From the UHGV virus genome UHGV-1370921: a DNA stretch of 48,712 nucleotides; one strand, written 5' to 3'. The notes under the pieces were generated by a model, which was given only the letters and a program-made list of their open reading frames with translations, was not told the origin of the DNA and ran no database searches. A program made the position numbers and the translations under genes. Below are positions 43,590 to 48,712 of the stretch, one piece after another (the stretch's first letter is position 1; the number at the start of each line of letters is the position of its first letter). This DNA is from a virus.

Positions 43590-46153
43590 GAAGCGGCTAT
43601 CGAGCCGAAAGTTAACCATCCCACTGATGTATACACTATGCCCTCAGCACCTCCTGCCTGTGGTCGCAGATAAGGTACTTTCTCCCCTTGGGCTGGCTTA
43701 TAGGATGCATAGATATTGGCTGCGGTGTTTATCTCAGAGCTATATGTCTGTGTCCAATCGTTTCCAGAAACGAACCAAGGCCCTCTATGAGAATACATTG
43801 TGAACATCTGCCGAGTTGCATTATCTGTGCTATTCCCTCGGCATTCCAAAACCATTGCCCCTGATGAACCATCGAAAAGAGTAAAACCAAATGTAGCACT
43901 ACTATCACCAACAACCCTGTTGTTAAGGATCCGAGTGTAAAAGCACGTACCAAATGTTTTGATTACCGGGATGCTCTTCGTTCTCCCCGCACCAGTCGCC
44001 GCATCATAGTTTATGATGTTGTCTTCGATGACCGTTCTCGCGGCCTTTGACAAGAAGATTATCTGATCTTCATCGTCCACATTATATTTTGTAATCTGGT
44101 TCCTGCGGATAATGCAGTCATCCGCCGATGCCGCCTGGATTACTAACCCCTTATTATTAGTAGGGTCGGTAGCTGTGTTCTCTTCAACTATACTGCCAGC
44201 CGATGACAGGTATAATTGCACCCATCCTTTGAATGTATTATTACGTATTACAGGATTTACCATCTGCACTGACAAACGGGCGGTGGTACTTTTATTTTCT
44301 ATAAAGTTGGCTTCCATCACAACCTTAGAACAATTAGTAACACGCATAGGAACAGTCTGTGTGCAATTTTCAGACATCAGGAGCTTGTTCCCTCTCATCT
44401 CCAACAAGTCTACATTGAAGGAAGTCACCGAGTTTATAAACCTGGCTGACCCCGTGATCGTGAACTGGTTATCATCAATTGTGGCGTAAGCCTTACCAAT
44501 AGAAATGCAATTGTACGCAGCAGAATAAACATAGTTTTGAGCTACATAATGTCGGTGATCCTGTACAGATGATGCCCACCAGGAAAGCATAATCCCACCG
44601 CGCTGCAATTCAAATCCGTTCTGTGGGCATTTTTGTAAATCAGCCTGTAGACCATTGATGTAGTTACCTACAACATCGGCTGATGCCTGAACAGATACAC
44701 CGATATAGTGATTCAGCAGTGTATTATTAATGATTCGAGCTGAGGTGGTTGCCTCAGCCTTAATGGACATGGTGTAACCCCATACGAGGTTATCTTCCAT
44801 GGTAATGTAAGTTCTCTTATCAGCAGATTCATCTGCCTGCCATTCAAAGTCCGGTGGGTAGATGGTGGAAGTACCACCATTACTCCCGTACTCTGCGAAA
44901 ATACCGATATATCCACAAAGAGTACCGTTATACACCACGTTGTTGTTAGGAGATGTAAGTGCTGGGTCGCATACAAAAACGCGCTTATTAATCGCAGTGT
45001 TACGCCGGATAATCGTTTTTGGGCTTGCACCAGACCAGATAGCCCAACCAAAATGATCGACAGACTCATTGCCACTGGAACCTAAAGGTTGGTTAGCTGA
45101 AACGTTGTACAGATAAATGTTCTCTGCCAGAGCCATAGAACATTTCCAGAACTGGATACCTGAGCCATAAATCTCGTTCATCCTAACATTTCGTACTACT
45201 GGCGAACGGCAGTAACTAAAACGCAGACCAAGGGTGCCATCTGAATATGGTGTAGGATGTGCGCCTACCCCCATTGTTTCATAGGTGGGGCCACCTTTAT
45301 TAACTTGACGGGTATAGTCGATATTAAGATTTTCAACAGTTACTGACTCCACAAAGACGCCTTGTGTGGTCGGCTGCCCCCCAAATTCAACAAGGAACGG
45401 TTCACTGAACGGCCATGATGCACCGGGAGCATTAGCAACCGGATCAACGTTATCGAATGTCCAGGTGGTTCCACCATCGGAGCCTCTGATAGTGCAAGGC
45501 TTACCATTATAGATAGCAAATTTATGGCGAGTAGTTCCCCAATTCACCTCACCTTTAGGGAACACTAGCGTTCCACCATTCTGCATAATATATTCAATAG
45601 CCGCCACACATGCAGAACCACAGGCGACACCGTCTCCAGTCACGCCAAATTTTGAAGCAGGGATTTCCGTTAATACGTCCTGGACTGTGCCACCCTGAAA
45701 CAATCCTATAGAGGATGCCCCAGCACTTGAAGCCAGGTTTGAGCGAAGAGGGAGGTCGGTATCACATGCCCAAAAACCAACGCCTAATCCACCGGTGCTA
45801 TCCACAGTGGAATCAGCGGGTACGGTTACGGGGTATGTGCCCGTCCAGTAATACAGATAGGTGCCGTCACTGATGCGGTCAAGGTTACTATTTAAAGTAC
45901 CACCAGTAGTAAATGATACCGTACTCTTAACAGCGCTCACGATTGCTGTAGCCGCGTTAGCTGCGGAGTTAGCCGCATCTGTGGCACTGGTTGCGGATGC
46001 AGTCGCGCTGGTTGCGGCAGCTGTGGCAGAAGCCGATGCACTTGATACAGCCGCCGATGCGGAGGCTCTCAACTCATCAACCTGCCGGAAATTATCATCC
46101 AGTTCGTCCCACGTTAAGGGTCGACCCAGGTCTGCGCGTTTGATAATGTTCAT
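43586..46153 (-). CDS. tailspike / receptor-binding protein with right-handed beta-helix (depolymerase-like)
   Basis: 855 aa. N-terminal anchor MNIIKRADLGRPLTWDELDDNF and an Ala/Ser/Thr-rich coiled segment. The central region has repetitive N/G/S/T-rich beta-helix-type turns. Confidence 0.65.
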   Translation of the reverse strand: MNIIKRADLGRPLTWDELDDNFRQVDELRASASAAVSSASASATAAATSATASATSATDAANSAANAATAIVSAVKSTVSFTTGGTLNSNLDRISDGTYLYYWTGTYPVTVPADSTVDSTGGLGVGFWACDTDLPLRSNLASSAGASSIGLFQGGTVQDVLTEIPASKFGVTGDGVACGSACVAAIEYIMQNGGTLVFPKGEVNWGTTRHKFAIYNGKPCTIRGSDGGTTWTFDNVDPVANAPGASWPFSEPFLVEFGGQPTTQGVFVESVTVENLNIDYTRQVNKGGPTYETMGVGAHPTPYSDGTLGLRFSYCRSPVVRNVRMNEIYGSGIQFWKCSMALAENIYLYNVSANQPLGSSGNESVDHFGWAIWSGASPKTIIRRNTAINKRVFVCDPALTSPNNNVVYNGTLCGYIGIFAEYGSNGGTSTIYPPDFEWQADESADKRTYITMEDNLVWGYTMSIKAEATTSARIINNTLLNHYIGVSVQASADVVGNYINGLQADLQKCPQNGFELQRGGIMLSWWASSVQDHRHYVAQNYVYSAAYNCISIGKAYATIDDNQFTITGSARFINSVTSFNVDLLEMRGNKLLMSENCTQTVPMRVTNCSKVVMEANFIENKSTTARLSVQMVNPVIRNNTFKGWVQLYLSSAGSIVEENTATDPTNNKGLVIQAASADDCIIRRNQITKYNVDDEDQIIFLSKAARTVIEDNIINYDAATGAGRTKSIPVIKTFGTCFYTRILNNRVVGDSSATFGFTLFDGSSGAMVLECRGNSTDNATRQMFTMYSHRGPWFVSGNDWTQTYSSEINTAANIYASYKPAQGEKVPYLRPQAGGAEGIVYTSVGWLTFGSIAAS

Positions 46154-47358
46154 ACGATAGTCACCGTGATGTTTGATGTTGTCCAGCGGGATAATTCGTT
46201 AAACTTAATGGTAACATTCGCAGTACCGCTATTCAACGTCATGCTGTTGACGTAACTGTTACCGTATGAACCAATGACTTTGTTAATAGGTGTGTAAAGT
46301 GAACTATATGGGACTGTTTCACCGATATCAAACCCGTCGGGCTTAAAGCCGTACTCCGTCGGAATCAGGCCACCCGCGGCATATTCCATGATTGCGTCCC
46401 GAATAAGTGGTTCGAGAGTTGCCTGAGACGGTAGAGAACCATCATCTTTGATTTCGATGACCACGACCATATCCACATATACGGGGCGACTGAATTTGAT
46501 ATTTTTGGTCATCGTGGGGTAAGTAGGCGACGTGACCGTGACCGTTACTGGTGTACCAGCCTGATAAAGTGTAACACCCGGATTCTTTTTGAGGTAGATA
46601 GCCATTGCTACGTCGTCATCCGTACCACCATCGACGATAGGTGCAATACTGTGACCGGGCTGACCATTGCTGTCGGTTGTGGCTTCGTCGTTCTCATAGA
46701 CACGTACTCGACGTACACCATCCACATTGAACAGTTGACCCAGCATTGAATCGACCTGGTTACTACCCGGCAGACCTACTGCCGTCGCTCGTTTAAGGCG
46801 TAATGATCCATCCGATTCGGCAGATGTGCCGGGTGTTGCGGGAGTGGGGTTATTAACTGATACCAGTCCAGCAACCGTGTCCACAATGGTTGTAATGGTG
46901 TTGGCGTCCGCTTCAATTTCGCCAACTGTGGTACATGTGATATCGACCGTTGCGGTGCCTGAACTATCCAGTGTCCACGTCTGGTCGAGCGTGAATCGAT
47001 AACCTGTCACAGATGATTCAAAGCGTGTGCCCGCAGGAACCTGAGTACCAGCAACACCCTTCAACACAAATCCTGTAACAGTCGACGCAGTACCTTCACT
47101 CCTGACGGTACCTGTCAGCGCGCAAATTACATCGAGGTCATAGCCGCTGGCTTTATTCGGGTCTTTGGAGTTGTACGCCTGTTGCAACACTTCGTCGAGC
47201 GCGGAGAAGATTTCAGCATCGTGAGCTATCTTCAACCCATCGGGGGTAGACGGGTCAAGATTCCAGTTACTGTCAATATCCAGATATAACTGTTTTTCTT
47301 CGTCAAACCAGTCATTCTGTGACTTTACACTATAGCCGGTACTGGTTAATTCAGCCAT
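46150..47358 (-). CDS. baseplate J-like protein
   Basis: 402 aa. Position and size match the gp6/J family, following W-like and V-like genes. Confidence 0.55.
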   Translation of the reverse strand: MAELTSTGYSVKSQNDWFDEEKQLYLDIDSNWNLDPSTPDGLKIAHDAEIFSALDEVLQQAYNSKDPNKASGYDLDVICALTGTVRSEGTASTVTGFVLKGVAGTQVPAGTRFESSVTGYRFTLDQTWTLDSSGTATVDITCTTVGEIEADANTITTIVDTVAGLVSVNNPTPATPGTSAESDGSLRLKRATAVGLPGSNQVDSMLGQLFNVDGVRRVRVYENDEATTDSNGQPGHSIAPIVDGGTDDDVAMAIYLKKNPGVTLYQAGTPVTVTVTSPTYPTMTKNIKFSRPVYVDMVVVIEIKDDGSLPSQATLEPLIRDAIMEYAAGGLIPTEYGFKPDGFDIGETVPYSSLYTPINKVIGSYGNSYVNSMTLNSGTANVTIKFNELSRWTTSNITVTIV

Positions 47359-47698
47359 TCTCGGTCACCGTTAATAATCCGTAGGAGGTCAACACGCTGG
47401 CGGTGACCGTATAAGTTTTGTTGTCGATGTCGAAATCGGTACTAAAACTGGTTAACTGCAGGACACCAGGAGTACCAGAGATACGTTCACGAAGGCGTGC
47501 TTCGCGGACATCCATAGAAGTTTGTTTGTTGAGTATCTCCTGAAACCACGGTGTGCCGTCGGTAACATCCCGGAAATACTCACCCAAAAACAGACGCAGA
47601 CGGGTACGTATCGTCTGTTCTATTTCCAGTTGTTCAGCGATGAACATCGAACCCTGGGTAACAATGTCACCGTCTTCATCTAATTTACGTACTGTCAT
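47351..47698 (-). CDS. baseplate protein in the W/gp25 position
   Basis: 115-aa ORF between the spike and J-like genes. No lysozyme-like motif was seen, so the role is positional only. Confidence 0.4.
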   Translation of the reverse strand: MTVRKLDEDGDIVTQGSMFIAEQLEIEQTIRTRLRLFLGEYFRDVTDGTPWFQEILNKQTSMDVREARLRERISGTPGVLQLTSFSTDFDIDNKTYTVTASVLTSYGLLTVTENG

Positions 47699-48399
47699 CA
47701 GTTATTCGGCCCCGTATTAGAACCACCGGAAGCAACGCCACCATGAGTGTGACCATTGAGTTCTTTACCATCCAGCACCAGAGAGTTCAGTGCGGTGATG
47801 TTCCCGTCTTTATCGATAGTCACACCATTGATACTCACTGTGCCGTTCGCAAGAAGTTGGACGTTGCCGTTCCCATTAGCCATTATGCACGAACCATCAC
47901 CCTTTAACCAGACGTACTGCGACGCGTCAACATTGCGCAAGCGTATCCCATCGTTAGAAAAACTTGCAATCAGGTTATCAAGTGAACGAATTCCCGGTAC
48001 AAACATTGCGTCCTGTTTGTGGTGAAAGCGTTTAACGGGGTTAGCAGCAATGCCGCCGGTCTGCTTCCATCCATCGATACAACGTTGACTGAAATGTACC
48101 ATACCTTCACAACCCGGATTGACGGCGAATTCCAGTACGAAGTCATCGCCCGGGAAACTTACGGGAACGTCCACGATGGGTGGCGGGTCGAACGTAGTTT
48201 TAGCGACATCATCAGTCCGGGTGATTCCCAGTTGAATCTGCGCACGTTGAGTATCCGGGTCGAACGTCAGCACGTAACCCGGGATACACGTGTACACGTC
48301 CTTCATGTTCTCGAAAAACGTGTCATTGGTGACGTTCTGTAAAAACGAGCGGCGCTGGTTAATGTCGGTCATGTCGCCCTCCTGTGAAAATAATGTCAA
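47698..48399 (-). CDS. baseplate spike protein (gpV/Mu gp45-like)
   Basis: 233 aa. The C-terminal GTVSINGVTIDKDGNITALNSLVLDGKELNGHTHGG has an HxH apex-like motif. RBS AGGAGGG. Confidence 0.5.
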   Translation of the reverse strand: MTLFSQEGDMTDINQRRSFLQNVTNDTFFENMKDVYTCIPGYVLTFDPDTQRAQIQLGITRTDDVAKTTFDPPPIVDVPVSFPGDDFVLEFAVNPGCEGMVHFSQRCIDGWKQTGGIAANPVKRFHHKQDAMFVPGIRSLDNLIASFSNDGIRLRNVDASQYVWLKGDGSCIMANGNGNVQLLANGTVSINGVTIDKDGNITALNSLVLDGKELNGHTHGGVASGGSNTGPNN

Positions 48400-48407
48400 G
48401 TATACTA

Positions 48408-48436
48408 TTGACAGTTACGTCAAACAATGTAATTAT
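48408..48436 (+). promoter_or_regulatory. promoter-like element TTGACAgttaCGTCAA-N-TAATTA (variant of the family)
   Basis: One mismatch from TTGACG-N4-CGTCAA. The downstream ~260 nt contain no ORF longer than 12 codons and end at the terminator that spans the window junction. Confidence 0.35.
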
Positions 48437-48694
48437 TCATTCACAGGCATATAGCACATGTGTCTTTAGCGGTCCGGGGTGTCCTATTCCTTCGCATCAG
48501 CGGGTAGCCGAAATGTGTAGCCATCGACTGGAGGTGGTCCAATCTTGCTGACGGGTAAGCCGTAAGTGACTAGAGTAATGTTGTGAAACATAACAACAGT
48601 TGCGAAACATGACAATGATAGCGAGATAGTTGAGTTAAGGGGCAGCCTTTACCTGAACTACTCAGCCCGCTGTATCATCTCTCTGTAGCGTTCA

Positions 48695-48712
48695 CCCGCC
48701 CTCCGTGGCGGG
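48695..48712 (+). terminator. intrinsic terminator hairpin completed by the T-run at window positions 2-12
   Basis: CCCGCCctccgtGGCGGG lies at the very end of the window. The window begins G + T11. Joined head-to-tail, the two ends form a textbook terminator. Confidence 0.5.

Noticed and set aside
1-48712. tRNA genes, CRISPR arrays, an integrase or a cI/Cro-type lysogeny module
   Set aside because: Scanning by eye found no T-arm GTTCGA-type cloverleaf candidates. No spacer-repeat arrays longer than the 2-3-copy protein-coding repeats. No tyrosine or serine recombinase motifs. The genome is best read as virulent.

Overview
This window reads as a complete, or nearly complete, ~48.7-kb genome of a virulent tailed phage. 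No integrase or cI-type repressor is visible. Promoters look sigma70-like, suggesting an enterobacterial-type host.

The minus strand carries two long late operons.
- Head operon, 21040 down to about 10240: small terminase, large terminase, portal, MuF/SPP1-gp7-like head morphogenesis protein, prohead protease-scaffold fusion, decoration-like protein, major capsid protein, connector-like proteins.
- Tail operon, 7865 down to 11 and continuing at the window end 48399 down to 41375: neck proteins, sheath-like and tube-like proteins, a chaperone pair with a -1 frameshift, tape measure, a transglycosylase-containing tail protein, a hub-like protein, then baseplate V/W/J-like genes, a beta-helix tailspike and a Gly-rich fibre.

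The two window ends appear contiguous. The last 18 nt plus the first 12 nt form a canonical intrinsic terminator, and the tail operon continues across the junction.

The plus strand carries early/middle functions.
- dUTPase.
- An HNH endonuclease.
- A replication block with a PrimPol-type primase-helicase (on minus), an SF2 DEAH helicase interrupted by a LAGLIDADG intein in its P-loop, a Cas4-like nuclease, an SSB-like protein and a family-B DNA polymerase that appears split by a free-standing homing endonuclease.
- A lysis cassette: SAR endolysin, separate i- and o-spanins, and a divergent pinholin-like gene.

Three features stand out.
- Four paralogous T5orf172/GIY-YIG-like homing endonucleases with CxxHG...CPxC repeats.
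- A family of at least nine promoters whose -35 TTGACG is part of a TGACG-N4-CGTCA palindrome.
- Two copies of a 288-bp element with GGGGTA iterons, each upstream of a late operon.

Product calls rest on motifs recognised by eye and on gene order. No database search was run.
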